A DNA stretch of 60,533 nt from the NCBI GenBank assembly GCA_036741615.1, contig DAINRW010000001.1, forward strand, positions 9,159 through 69,691, read 5' to 3'. This DNA comes from Nitrososphaera sp. (GTDB taxonomy: Archaea; Thermoproteota; Nitrososphaeria; Nitrososphaerales; Nitrososphaeraceae). Below the pieces are notes generated by a model that saw nothing but the letters and a program-made list of their open reading frames with translations, was not told the DNA's origin and made no database searches. This document shows positions 18,888 to 28,213 of the stretch, piece by piece. Within the stretch, counting starts at the first letter, position 1, and the number at the start of each line of letters is the position of its first letter. Position numbers and translations under genes: made by a program.

Positions 18888-19328
18888 TTAACTATGCTTT
18901 TTCAAATTAGCTTTGATTATCTCAAGTGCTCGCTCTGCGGCATCTTTTTTCGGTAGCTGGATCATAAAAAGGTTTTGTGAATTAAGGTGGTGCTGTGAGT
19001 CTGGTGCAATTGAGATCAATCCGCTTTCTGCAAGAGCCTCAAAGAATTCAACCATGTCGTTTGCGTATAGCAAAAAATTTAGATCGAATTCAGTACCGAG
19101 CAGCTTTACTTGGACATCTACAAATACATCCTGTCCGTCATAAAATATGTCTAGTACAGTATCAACACGTACTTTTCTTTCACGAGTATGATAAAGTACT
19201 TGTTCATATTTTTTCGAATTCATCAGAATACAGGGGACATTACTGCCAGAGAACTCAACCAGTGTGGCTCCCTCTGTGTGGAGATGAGCTTTAAACTCCT
19301 CCAATGTACTAAAGTTTCTTTTAGGCAT
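18888..19328 (-). CDS. Hypothetical protein
   Basis: 146-aa ORF, 2 nt downstream of the Zn-finger gene. Confidence 0.7.
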   Translation of the reverse strand: MPKRNFSTLEEFKAHLHTEGATLVEFSGSNVPCILMNSKKYEQVLYHTRERKVRVDTVLDIFYDGQDVFVDVQVKLLGTEFDLNFLLYANDMVEFFEALAESGLISIAPDSQHHLNSQNLFMIQLPKKDAAERALEIIKANLKKHS

Positions 19329-19330
19329 CT

Positions 19331-19555
19331 CTACTGATTTTCTCTTATAGTTTCAGGAAAATAATCCTTGAGGTCTATATTATGTTGCATCTTCTTGTAT
19401 ACATATTCATGTTCCTTGCAGAGATAGAAAGGCATCTCCGAAGACTGCAGGGCATCATATCCCCTTTTTTGCTTGACAAGCTCGAGCTGAACGAGGAACT
19501 CAGCCCTGGTGCCGCATATATTGCATCTAAAGTTAGGTTCATCATTCATTCGCAC
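19331..19555 (-). CDS. Small putative Zn-finger protein
   Basis: CNIC...LCKEH (C3H) motif. Confidence 0.65.
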   Translation of the reverse strand: MRMNDEPNFRCNICGTRAEFLVQLELVKQKRGYDALQSSEMPFYLCKEHEYVYKKMQHNIDLKDYFPETIRENQ

Positions 19556-19744
19556 TCTTCGCGATCAATGTTTGATCATTCATAAAAGAGTTTGTAACAA
19601 AGCGCATGATCGTTTCGATAGATGCGGCATTATAGAAAATAGTAATGGTGGTTGCATGACATCAATGAGTGATGTTGTGGAAATTAATGGATAACTCAGG
19701 GAACAGCAAAAAAAATGCCAGAATCAAGAGCAGAACAAATCGAG

Positions 19745-21382
19745 CTAGCAAAGGCTAATAGACTTTGCAAGCAGAATCGCGCGCTGTGAGTCATCTTGAT
19801 GGATATCTTTGTTGTTATACTTGTTGCTGAAGTAAATGAGGTCTATCATCTTAGATCTATCGATGTTGACCATTAAATTTCGTTTGGTATCGCTTGTTGT
19901 GTTGGCATTGGTTAGTATTACCAGCCTGTCCACAAAGCTTGTCGACTTCAGTGTGTTGGATATCTGCTCGAAGCTCTTCGTGTGGTCTTTGTTAATAACT
20001 ACAGCTACTGCAACTTTGGTCCCGTATAAATCGCTGTAGGTTACATCGATTCCGTTCCCTTCGCCGTTGCCTGGATGGGGTCTTGCTACCACACCTACTT
20101 CGTGCGCATAGCTGACAAGATCTTTGACTGCGTTTCTAATGCAGGTCTCAAGGGTATTAATGTCATTGCAGTTGCGCTTAATCTTGATAAAGTCGGAAAT
20201 GGGTACATACATCAAACTACCCCTTATTCTAAGACCAGGGTACACGCTCTTTATAGTCTCGTCTATAGATTGCTCGTCTATTGTGTCAAGACCGCGTTCT
20301 GCTGCGCTCTCAGTAGCATGGTACATTATGTTGAGCATAGAACGCACATTGCGAAAATCCGGAAATTCATCATAGATAACTCTGATTTTTGCAGCTAGGT
20401 CACGTTCATGTTCATCAGTAAGGCTCTTTTTCATATCATGATGCCTTATGTATTCAAGTACGATGTCTATTATCTCGTCAAGCGTGTTGGAACCAGCAAT
20501 ATCTATTTTGTAATTTGCCTTCTCCAACCTGTCAAAAACTGAAATGGACATTCTACGTATCTCATCGTATGAGGCTGGTGTGAATATAAGCACGAGGACT
20601 GTGGTTGGTAGATGTGCGTTGATTATCGCCTTTACTAACTCCACCGACTGTTTATCAGAGTCAAATTCGTCTATCTGGAATAGGGTGATCTTATTGAAGA
20701 ACTTGAGATTGAGTTTTGCCAGAGCTCTCAAGCTGTCTATAATGTCTTCAAGTGTTACAACATTATGTGGATCGGTTCTAAATTTCCCTTCGATAATACG
20801 CTTTAATATTGCGATTTCAGCCGATGAAAAGTCTTTATGAAGCGTGTCACCGATTGCATCATGATTAGGCACAATTTCATTGTGCAGGAGATCAGCTGCC
20901 TTATCTGCCAAACTCTTGCCCTTTAGGAAGTCAATGAAGCTATAATTAAAAATTCTTCTTGCACTTTGTACATTCTGCTCAGCCAACTCCAGAAGGTAAT
21001 TGACAACAATTTCTCTTAACGCAGTAACATATTCATCGGTAAATCCTGCAAGCATTGCACCGTAGATACTATGCATGCTACGCGGTGATATCTGAGAAAG
21101 GTCAGTGTATGATACAATCGCACTATCTGAAACTTCCTTAACTCCTTTAGTGTGCAGCGCTAAGTGAGTTTTTCCTGAACCGACATCTTGAATCATAGTA
21201 ACAAGTCTGAAATCCTTGTCCTTGGCAATTCCAGCGCTCATCTTAGAACGAAGATCAGAAACGCAAGAAACCAAGGCAGCCTTGGCGTCTTTGTGCCGCT
21301 TTCCACCCAGAATGAGCGCATCACTTGGCGTTGGAGTAGGGCTACTTGGATATGGATTGCGGTCAAGTCCGTAGGGATACAA
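19745..21382 (-). CDS. Uncharacterised AAA+ ATPase with possible C-terminal nuclease-like domain
   Basis: N-terminal YGLDRNPYP; Walker A DVGSGKT; Walker B LFQIDEFD; Arg finger FDRL; sensor-II-like NVRSML. Confidence 0.8.
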   Translation of the reverse strand: MYPYGLDRNPYPSSPTPTPSDALILGGKRHKDAKAALVSCVSDLRSKMSAGIAKDKDFRLVTMIQDVGSGKTHLALHTKGVKEVSDSAIVSYTDLSQISPRSMHSIYGAMLAGFTDEYVTALREIVVNYLLELAEQNVQSARRIFNYSFIDFLKGKSLADKAADLLHNEIVPNHDAIGDTLHKDFSSAEIAILKRIIEGKFRTDPHNVVTLEDIIDSLRALAKLNLKFFNKITLFQIDEFDSDKQSVELVKAIINAHLPTTVLVLIFTPASYDEIRRMSISVFDRLEKANYKIDIAGSNTLDEIIDIVLEYIRHHDMKKSLTDEHERDLAAKIRVIYDEFPDFRNVRSMLNIMYHATESAAERGLDTIDEQSIDETIKSVYPGLRIRGSLMYVPISDFIKIKRNCNDINTLETCIRNAVKDLVSYAHEVGVVARPHPGNGEGNGIDVTYSDLYGTKVAVAVVINKDHTKSFEQISNTLKSTSFVDRLVILTNANTTSDTKRNLMVNIDRSKMIDLIYFSNKYNNKDIHQDDSQRAILLAKSISLC

Positions 21383-22054
21383 TTAACAAATACACCTCAC
21401 AAATCCATGCAATAGTCCTCTGACCATTACCCCTTCCCGACCGCCCGTCGAAAGTTCGTATCTATCCTGGTCCATGCTGGTCAACTCGCTCACAAGCCTA
21501 TAGAACTCATCAGAGGAAATGTTGCAACTACTGCAGACTTTGTTGCGTATATCTGCTAATTCAATCCACCCTATTGAGGATGAGGAGCTGGACAATGCAA
21601 TATCAAATTGTTCTTTGAAATCATTAACACTCAATGTTTCATTTTGATCGTCTCTCATAAGATCATCATGATCAAGCATCTTTTGCGTGCGCCATAACTG
21701 CTGGTGGTTCTTCATCTCCAAAACAACGCTCGCAAGGTTTGAGATGTTGTTTGCAAGGCTTTCAACAGCATCCAGTAGGTCCTTACTCGAGCTATTGATC
21801 GCCTGATTGACTGTTTTTATCATTTCATAAGTTAACTTGAACCGAGCATCTGAATTGAGGAGGCTTTGGATATAGTGACTCTTGTGGAAGCAAAAATAGG
21901 CAGTCGCTCGCTTGTCCACGAAAACATCACCCCTGCTTATCAGATTCTCTAGGTCAGCGTCAATGTCTCCGAATTCTCTCCGTAGATCGGTTTTCTTTAT
22001 GCCCCCCGATCCAGCAGAAAGGATCTTGGCGACCAGTTTTTCCTCTGAGGACAT
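21383..22054 (-). CDS. wHTH / coiled-coil / wHTH protein
   Basis: N-terminal wHTH-like (GGIKKTDLRREF...LISRGDV), central heptad region, C-terminal WIELADIR..EFYRL..RYELSTGG. Confidence 0.7.
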   Translation of the reverse strand: MSSEEKLVAKILSAGSGGIKKTDLRREFGDIDADLENLISRGDVFVDKRATAYFCFHKSHYIQSLLNSDARFKLTYEMIKTVNQAINSSSKDLLDAVESLANNISNLASVVLEMKNHQQLWRTQKMLDHDDLMRDDQNETLSVNDFKEQFDIALSSSSSSIGWIELADIRNKVCSSCNISSDEFYRLVSELTSMDQDRYELSTGGREGVMVRGLLHGFVRCIC

Positions 22055-22077
22055 GAGGTAGAAGTTCTACATTTTGA

Positions 22078-22083
22078 TATAAA
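22078..22083 (-). promoter_or_regulatory. TATA box for the (probably leaderless) wHTH/ATPase operon
   Basis: TTTATA on the minus strand 24-29 nt upstream of the ATG at 22054. Confidence 0.5.
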
Positions 22084-22230
22084 CGCCAATGTAACAGATA
22101 AAAGCAATTCTAGTCAACAAATTTATACATAAGAAATATTCGAAAGGATTAATACTAGTCCCTGCGATGGGTGTCACGGGATGATGATTATTCTATCTGC
22201 ATTATGATGAAAGCACTAGGGTATCTGACC

Positions 22231-24357
22231 TTAAATAGTTCTATAGGGAATCGCTGCTTTTGCTTTTCTGATCTTCTTAAGTAGTGCAAATATCGCTATT
22301 ATTGTAGCTACCCATAAGGCTGCTAACACAATATTGCCTAGAGTGATGTATGTGTATGGAATTATTTCTAAGAGGTTTGTCCTGAGATATCCAGCGGACA
22401 TATGCAGGTCGATTATTGCTATATTGTAGCTCTCACTGAGGGGATCCATGCCTGAGGCGATATTTGCTCGAAGCACTATGCTGTCAAGATTGGCTTGGAT
22501 CAGCCCAAAGTCAGTCTTAGAGGTAGGAAAGAGCCACACAGGGTTACCATCTGCAGGTATCATTTCTTGCGTCAGTTTGATGTATTCCGCCAGCTGCTCT
22601 GGAGTTTGAGCAGTCTCTGCTCGTGCAACGAACCCAACGGCTCTGTCAAGCAGATACATGCTATTCTGATACCCAAAATAAGCAGCAGCCCCGCCCACTG
22701 TCAGAAAAGCAATCATACCTAACAGCACTAGTCTCTGGCTTAATGCTCTTGTGGTCCTGTTATTATCAGAAATAGTTCTGTCCATGCCGTCTGCAGAAGC
22801 GGTCATAGTTGCAGCTCCGCCAATAGAGGTGTGTTTCCGCGTAGTCATTGTAGGAGTATAGCCTCGGTGTGCAATTTGCTTTTGCTTCCTAAAGGATGAG
22901 TGCATGATGCTAAGATAAGCCACGTAAATGAACCCAATTGTTGGGATCGCTATCATAGGAGCATATAGGTAATTTCCTGTGAATATCGAAATGAAAATTG
23001 CCATACATCCATAGATCGCAAAGAAGATTTCCAAAAGTGTGGTCTTCGTGAATGGAAGTACATACTCTTTGTTTTTCCAGTCATCACTGCTGTTGACAAT
23101 TCCAAATTTGGGAGTGCGCAGAAACTCATTCTTCCTGCCAAAAACCGCATCAAAAACTGCGACGGTATTGTTGACGGATAATCCCGTTGAATAGAACATC
23201 AGGAAGAAAAACTGCTGTGCCTTTCCTCGCCACTTTTCTCCACTCCATGTCTTATTGATGATAATTAAGTAGCCACCCGGCCCCATCATAATATACATCA
23301 ATATGGAGATCAACGGAGCCCAGTATACGGAATAAAGCTCGTAGTCCATGGCAAGGAGCATTGGAAATATGAGGAATTGAGTAAGGAATAGAGGATTTAT
23401 AGCATGCCGTGTAAGCTGTATGAATGCTTGAGTCTTTGTTTCAATTGGGATGTTACGGCAGAACAATAAATCGCTTAGAAGTTTAACTGCGACCTGTATT
23501 GATCCCTTAGCCCATCTGAATTGCTGACGCTTTGCAGCATTCATCTGTACTGGCAATTCAGCGTCAACGACAACATCTTCTAAAAACAGACACCTCCACC
23601 CTTTCATTTGAACCCTGTAGCTAAGATCAAGATCTTCTACAAGCGTGCTAGTATGCCATCCTCCTGCCTCTTCAATACACGAAGTTCTCCAAATGCCAGC
23701 GGTCCCATTAAAGTTCATATAAAGATGAGTGAGGCTCTTAGCCTTCTGCTCAATTAGGAAGTGTAGATCAAGCATCACAGCCTGAGCTCCCGTAAGCGAA
23801 GAGTAGTTTTCATTAACGTGCCCCCACTTGCATTGCACCAGACCAAGTTTGGGGTCTGCGTAGAAGTGTCCGATAGCACTTTTTAGAAACCATGTCGGAG
23901 GGATAAAATCGGCGTCAAATATTGCAACAAACTCTCCCTTGGCATCTTTTATGCCTTCTTTTAGTGCTCCTGCCTTGTATCCTGTTCTATCCTTTCGGCG
24001 GACATGGATTATATCGAATCCTTTGAACCTATACTCGTCGACAATTGATTTTATCAAGTCAACTGTATCATCATCTGAATCATCCAATACCTGGACCTGG
24101 AGTCTATCTTTTGGGTAATCCATCTTGCAGACAGCATCTATCAGGCGTTTTACAACGTACTTTTCGTTATAGAGCGGAAGTTGTATCGTCACTATTGGCA
24201 GATTTGTTGGAAGTTCTACCTTTTGGCGGCGCTTCCTTTCATGACGAAAGTTATTGCGAGAATAGTATGCTAGGTAGTAAAAATTGAGCGTATATATCAT
24301 CAAGATCCAACCAATGGCTAAGAATATAACGTAAAGAAATGCGCCCAAGCCGTACAT
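22231..24357 (-). CDS. Cellulose-synthase-like processive GT2 with extra C-terminal membrane/extracellular domain
   Basis: QLPLYNE, DDSDD, GYKAGAL, DAD, FNGTAG, VED, QQFRW, FLRTPK; multiple TM helices. Confidence 0.92.
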   Translation of the reverse strand: MYGLGAFLYVIFLAIGWILMIYTLNFYYLAYYSRNNFRHERKRRQKVELPTNLPIVTIQLPLYNEKYVVKRLIDAVCKMDYPKDRLQVQVLDDSDDDTVDLIKSIVDEYRFKGFDIIHVRRKDRTGYKAGALKEGIKDAKGEFVAIFDADFIPPTWFLKSAIGHFYADPKLGLVQCKWGHVNENYSSLTGAQAVMLDLHFLIEQKAKSLTHLYMNFNGTAGIWRTSCIEEAGGWHTSTLVEDLDLSYRVQMKGWRCLFLEDVVVDAELPVQMNAAKRQQFRWAKGSIQVAVKLLSDLLFCRNIPIETKTQAFIQLTRHAINPLFLTQFLIFPMLLAMDYELYSVYWAPLISILMYIMMGPGGYLIIINKTWSGEKWRGKAQQFFFLMFYSTGLSVNNTVAVFDAVFGRKNEFLRTPKFGIVNSSDDWKNKEYVLPFTKTTLLEIFFAIYGCMAIFISIFTGNYLYAPMIAIPTIGFIYVAYLSIMHSSFRKQKQIAHRGYTPTMTTRKHTSIGGAATMTASADGMDRTISDNNRTTRALSQRLVLLGMIAFLTVGGAAAYFGYQNSMYLLDRAVGFVARAETAQTPEQLAEYIKLTQEMIPADGNPVWLFPTSKTDFGLIQANLDSIVLRANIASGMDPLSESYNIAIIDLHMSAGYLRTNLLEIIPYTYITLGNIVLAALWVATIIAIFALLKKIRKAKAAIPYRTI

Positions 24358-24416
24358 AGTATTAGCTCTTGGAAGTGATATCTCTCTGTATATTTATAGA
24401 TACTTACAACAGAATG

Positions 24417-25460
24417 CTAACCTTTTGTAAATATCTTGACTGCCTGAGGCGGACAAACATTTTCACAGGCAATACAGAAGATGCAGTCTTTTTCTCTTAT
24501 CATAAATGCCTTTTTGTCAGATGCGGGATGACCTGGAGTTTCAAGCCATTCATAGACATTGACAGGACAGGCTTCAATACACGCTCCATCTGCAACACAG
24601 ATGTCAAAGTCTATGCATACGTCTTGACCCCATATTCCTAATTGTCCTGGGGGGTCAATTGGTCCCCATACCTTGATCCCTTGATAGGTGCCAACCTCCT
24701 CTCTTTTTTCTTTGAACTTGGCATCAATTGGACCTTCTGCTTTGCTGTAGCTTGTTCCGGTGCCGGTGAGGGATATTGTGGTTTGACTACCACTACCTCC
24801 CGTTGATGCTGTGATATTTGCAGCGGCTGCTGGAATAGTGGGTGCCTGACCCGTTGCGGAAGCTGATGCAGTAACAGACTTAGAAGTAGGTGGCGTATCG
24901 GGTGTAGGAGCAAGGGCCGTTGCACTTCGCAATTTTGGGTTCCTTGCCAGCGGTGTCATCTCCTCCAATTTCTTGATCGCCGATTCAAGCGATAACTTTT
25001 CAGCCTTTTGCAAGTGAGCAATGTATTTGTCGCCTATCTTTGTATTGCGTATGATTGTGTCTATAACCATCTTGGCATTTTGATCCGCTTTCTGGCGGTA
25101 ATTTTTAATCCAGTAGGGGTCCCCAAAATATTCTAGCTGCCTTATCTGATAAATAAGATCCACGACCTCTCCTGTGACTATTTCGACAGTTATATTCAAG
25201 TCTGCCGAGAGCTCTTTTTTGGCCGCAGGATCAATACCTTTTTCAGTCCATTTATACGTCACGTAGATCCTGTCTGCATGAGTATCCATCTTGAATCCAG
25301 CACTTTTAAGATCATTGAGGATACTTTGGATATCAGACTTCTGGGTAATCTCGAGTGGGATCCTAAAAATGCCTAGCTTGTTGCCGTGCAATGGATAAAC
25401 ACCTCTCTTGGCAACTTCAGATAGCATTGTCCAGACCCTATCCCTCAATAAGACAGACAT
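24417..25460 (-). CDS. Zfx-type dicluster ferredoxin fused to an uncharacterised N-terminal domain
   Basis: C-terminal CVADGACIEACP and CIFCIACENVCP; KVWGPIDPPGQLGI; PGHPAS; Ala/Thr/Ser linker. Confidence 0.88.
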   Translation of the reverse strand: MSVLLRDRVWTMLSEVAKRGVYPLHGNKLGIFRIPLEITQKSDIQSILNDLKSAGFKMDTHADRIYVTYKWTEKGIDPAAKKELSADLNITVEIVTGEVVDLIYQIRQLEYFGDPYWIKNYRQKADQNAKMVIDTIIRNTKIGDKYIAHLQKAEKLSLESAIKKLEEMTPLARNPKLRSATALAPTPDTPPTSKSVTASASATGQAPTIPAAAANITASTGGSGSQTTISLTGTGTSYSKAEGPIDAKFKEKREEVGTYQGIKVWGPIDPPGQLGIWGQDVCIDFDICVADGACIEACPVNVYEWLETPGHPASDKKAFMIREKDCIFCIACENVCPPQAVKIFTKG

Positions 25461-25510
25461 GATGTCTGGAATTATCTAAAATTTATTTCTCCTAAAAGTA
25501 TTTCGATCGG

Positions 25511-25819
25511 TCATTCATCATCTGGACATGTCATTTCTCTTATTGCCTTGTATCGCAATTCGATTTCTTCTCCAATTTTAACTAGATGTTCCAAGCTATA
25601 TTTTGACTTTGGGAAATACCACCTGATCGCAACCTTATGACCTATACCATCCAAATCATAGATCGTACCCTTGTCTGATTGCACCCCAAACTTTTCATCT
25701 AGGATATTCTCTCGCACTTCTAGACCGCGCTTTGTCTTATCTTCTAACACAAGGTTCGCATCATGGTCATAAATGAAGTAAAATTGACCTTTTTTGATCA
25801 TGTTTCCTTGCTGCTGCAT
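25511..25819 (-). CDS. Hypothetical protein
   Basis: 102-aa ORF co-oriented between the sulfurtransferase and the ferredoxin. Confidence 0.7.
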   Translation of the reverse strand: MQQQGNMIKKGQFYFIYDHDANLVLEDKTKRGLEVRENILDEKFGVQSDKGTIYDLDGIGHKVAIRWYFPKSKYSLEHLVKIGEEIELRYKAIREMTCPDDE

Positions 25820-25843
25820 CGGGGATAGAAGGAAGGAAAGGAC

Positions 25844-26701
25844 TTATTTCTCTATCGGATTTCCAATCATATTGCCCCATTCAGTCCATGAGCCGTCATA
25901 GTTACGAACAGATGGATAACCAAGTAAGTACTTGAGAACGAACCAGCTGTGTGATGAGCGTTCTCCAATTCTACAATAGCAAATGACATGCTTATCAGGA
26001 GTTACACCCTTGCCTTCATAGAGTGCCTCTAGCTCTTCACGACTCTTGAATGTCCCATCGGTCTCTCTGACTGCTTGCGCCCAAGGGATATTCTTCGCAC
26101 CTGGTATGTGACCACCTCGCTGAGCATGTTCCGTGGGGTATTCAGGGGGGGCTGTGATTTCACCAGAAAACTCTTTTGGCGAGCGCACATCTACTAGTAC
26201 TGTCTGTTCTGCTTTTTCGATTGCTCGTCTTACATCAGGCATATAGGCCCTTATGCCTTCTTCTGGAGGTTTAGCTACATATGTTGTAGGCGAAGTTAAA
26301 GGATCATCCTTTGAGTACTCTCGCCCCTCAAGCTCCCATTTTTTTCTCCCGCCGTCCATTATTTTGATTTTCTTGTGGCCATAATACTGGAAGACCCAGA
26401 ATGCAAAAGCGGCAAACCAATTATTAAAATCGCCATACAAAATTAGCTCAGTATCATTTGTTGCGCCAATCCTGCTCATAAGGCTCTGGAACTGCTGCTT
26501 GTCAATAATGTCACGTCTAATAGGATCGTTAATGTCCCGCTTCCACCATACAAGGTGCGCGCCAGGGACGTGTCCTTCCTTGTATGCATTTTCAGGGTCA
26601 TAGTCTACTTCCAAAACCCTGACGTTGGGGCTATTTAGATTCTTAGCAACCCATTCGGTTTCGCAGAGAACTTCAGGATATGCATATCCAGTGGTCGTCA
26701 T
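25844..26701 (-). CDS. Thiosulfate sulfurtransferase (tandem rhodanese, CysA/SseA type)
   Basis: GHVPGA, DVRSPKEFSGE, GHIPGA, YCRIGERS, YDGSWTEW; start moved to the ATG at 26701. Confidence 0.95.
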   Translation of the reverse strand: MTTTGYAYPEVLCETEWVAKNLNSPNVRVLEVDYDPENAYKEGHVPGAHLVWWKRDINDPIRRDIIDKQQFQSLMSRIGATNDTELILYGDFNNWFAAFAFWVFQYYGHKKIKIMDGGRKKWELEGREYSKDDPLTSPTTYVAKPPEEGIRAYMPDVRRAIEKAEQTVLVDVRSPKEFSGEITAPPEYPTEHAQRGGHIPGAKNIPWAQAVRETDGTFKSREELEALYEGKGVTPDKHVICYCRIGERSSHSWFVLKYLLGYPSVRNYDGSWTEWGNMIGNPIEK

Positions 26702-26788
26702 AATGATAGCTACCGCAGAGGTACTTATAATTTTTCTCAGAAGTAAAGGCATTTAAGAACTCGCCTGTAGCTATAGCAGTGCCGTGAG

Positions 26789-27622
26789 ATGGCACCGAAC
26801 ATCCGCAATGTAGCGATAATCACGAAGATTGGAAGCAATGAAGCAGACAGTGCAGCCATAAAGGTCGCAACTTTGCTTAACCAAAGGAAAATCAATGTAC
26901 ACTGCGTGCTTCCATTCGTAATCGAAGATGCAACGCCAATTAAGCCAGATGAGTTGAAGGACATCAAGCTTGACCTTGTTTTTGCAATAGGTGGAGATGG
27001 GACTACCTTGAGAGCTTTCCGTGCGGTACCTGGAAAGGTGCCGCTTTTTAGCATAAACAGCGGAGGACATCGTGGAATTCTCTCTGAAATCGATACCGAA
27101 TCAATAGAGGAGGCAGTCAATACAATACTTGCAGGTAGGTATTTTTATGATTGTAGGATAAGGATTCAAGCCTCTGTTAACGGCAAGCTTTTTCCACCTG
27201 TTCTCAATGATATACTCATTATAAGAGTGAATCTCACAAGAACACCTCTGCTGTCCCTCACAGTGATGGGTGATGAAATAAGGCAGCGTATGGACGGGTT
27301 GATAGTATCTACCCCCACAGGCTCTACAGGTCATTCATTCTCCCTTGGCGGCCCAGTCCTGCATGAAGGTATGAGCAGCTTGAGTTTGACACCGATTGCA
27401 TCTGTTAACAGAATGCCACAGTTAGTGATTCCACTGGAAGAAATCGTCATAAGGAGTGCATATGAGTCCCAATTGATACTTGACGGCCAAGAAACATTCA
27501 AGGTTCAGGCAAACGACCCTATTAAGATTATGCGATGTTCAGAAGATGCAGTATTCTTACGGCTTCAGAAAAAAGGAATGAGGCAGTTGACAAAGCTTGG
27601 ATTCTCAAGATTCGGCTTTTAG
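26789..27622 (+). CDS. nadK: NAD(+) kinase
   Basis: GGDGTTL, LND, DGLIVSTPTGSTG.SFSLGGP, DG. Confidence 0.93.
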   Translation: MAPNIRNVAIITKIGSNEADSAAIKVATLLNQRKINVHCVLPFVIEDATPIKPDELKDIKLDLVFAIGGDGTTLRAFRAVPGKVPLFSINSGGHRGILSEIDTESIEEAVNTILAGRYFYDCRIRIQASVNGKLFPPVLNDILIIRVNLTRTPLLSLTVMGDEIRQRMDGLIVSTPTGSTGHSFSLGGPVLHEGMSSLSLTPIASVNRMPQLVIPLEEIVIRSAYESQLILDGQETFKVQANDPIKIMRCSEDAVFLRLQKKGMRQLTKLGFSRFGF

Positions 27623-28100
27623 ATGTGCACTAGATGCGGGAGCATTTTACACAGGCTTGATATTTCAATCATCTGAAAGTCGATATTGCACTACAGAGGC
27701 TGTTTTTGATGAGGTTAAGCATATAAAAAAGTCACATGGGGCGATAGATGCACTGCTTGAATCCAACAGCTTACGAGTACTAACTCCAGATAAAATAAGC
27801 ATCGAAAAAGTGCTCTCTGCATCTAGGAGAACTGGAGACTATGCAAGACTTTCAGAGGCAGACATTTCAATTATAGCGTTAGCACTGCAGCTAGAGATTA
27901 TCTTAATAACTGATGATTATGCGGTTGCTAATGTTGCAACGACTATGAAGATCCCGGTCAAGTCACTAGCCAGCAAAGGTATCACACATACAAGAAAGTG
28001 GATAACATACTGCAGCGCATGTGGCAGGACTTTTGGAGTTAATGCAAAAGAGTGCAGGCTTTGCGGCAATAGATTGAGGCGAAAATACAAGCTCATCTGA
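27597..28100 (+). CDS. nob1: Nob1-type PIN endonuclease with Zn ribbon
   Basis: LDAGAF, V.DEV, LSEADISIIALA, TDDYAVANVA, CSACG..CRLCG. Confidence 0.9.
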   Translation: MDSQDSAFRCALDAGAFYTGLIFQSSESRYCTTEAVFDEVKHIKKSHGAIDALLESNSLRVLTPDKISIEKVLSASRRTGDYARLSEADISIIALALQLEIILITDDYAVANVATTMKIPVKSLASKGITHTRKWITYCSACGRTFGVNAKECRLCGNRLRRKYKLI

Positions 28101-28213
28101 GCGAGTTGCTGGCTTTCTCTTTCAGTTCGTTCTCGAACCATGCTAACCGCCAAAATGCAATGAAAGATACGTATCCGAACTGTATCTTTCTATATATAAT
28201 ATTAGAATTCGAT

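Noticed and set aside
18238..22054. Integrated element at tRNA-Gly
   Set aside because: No integrase and no duplicated tRNA 3' end found in the window
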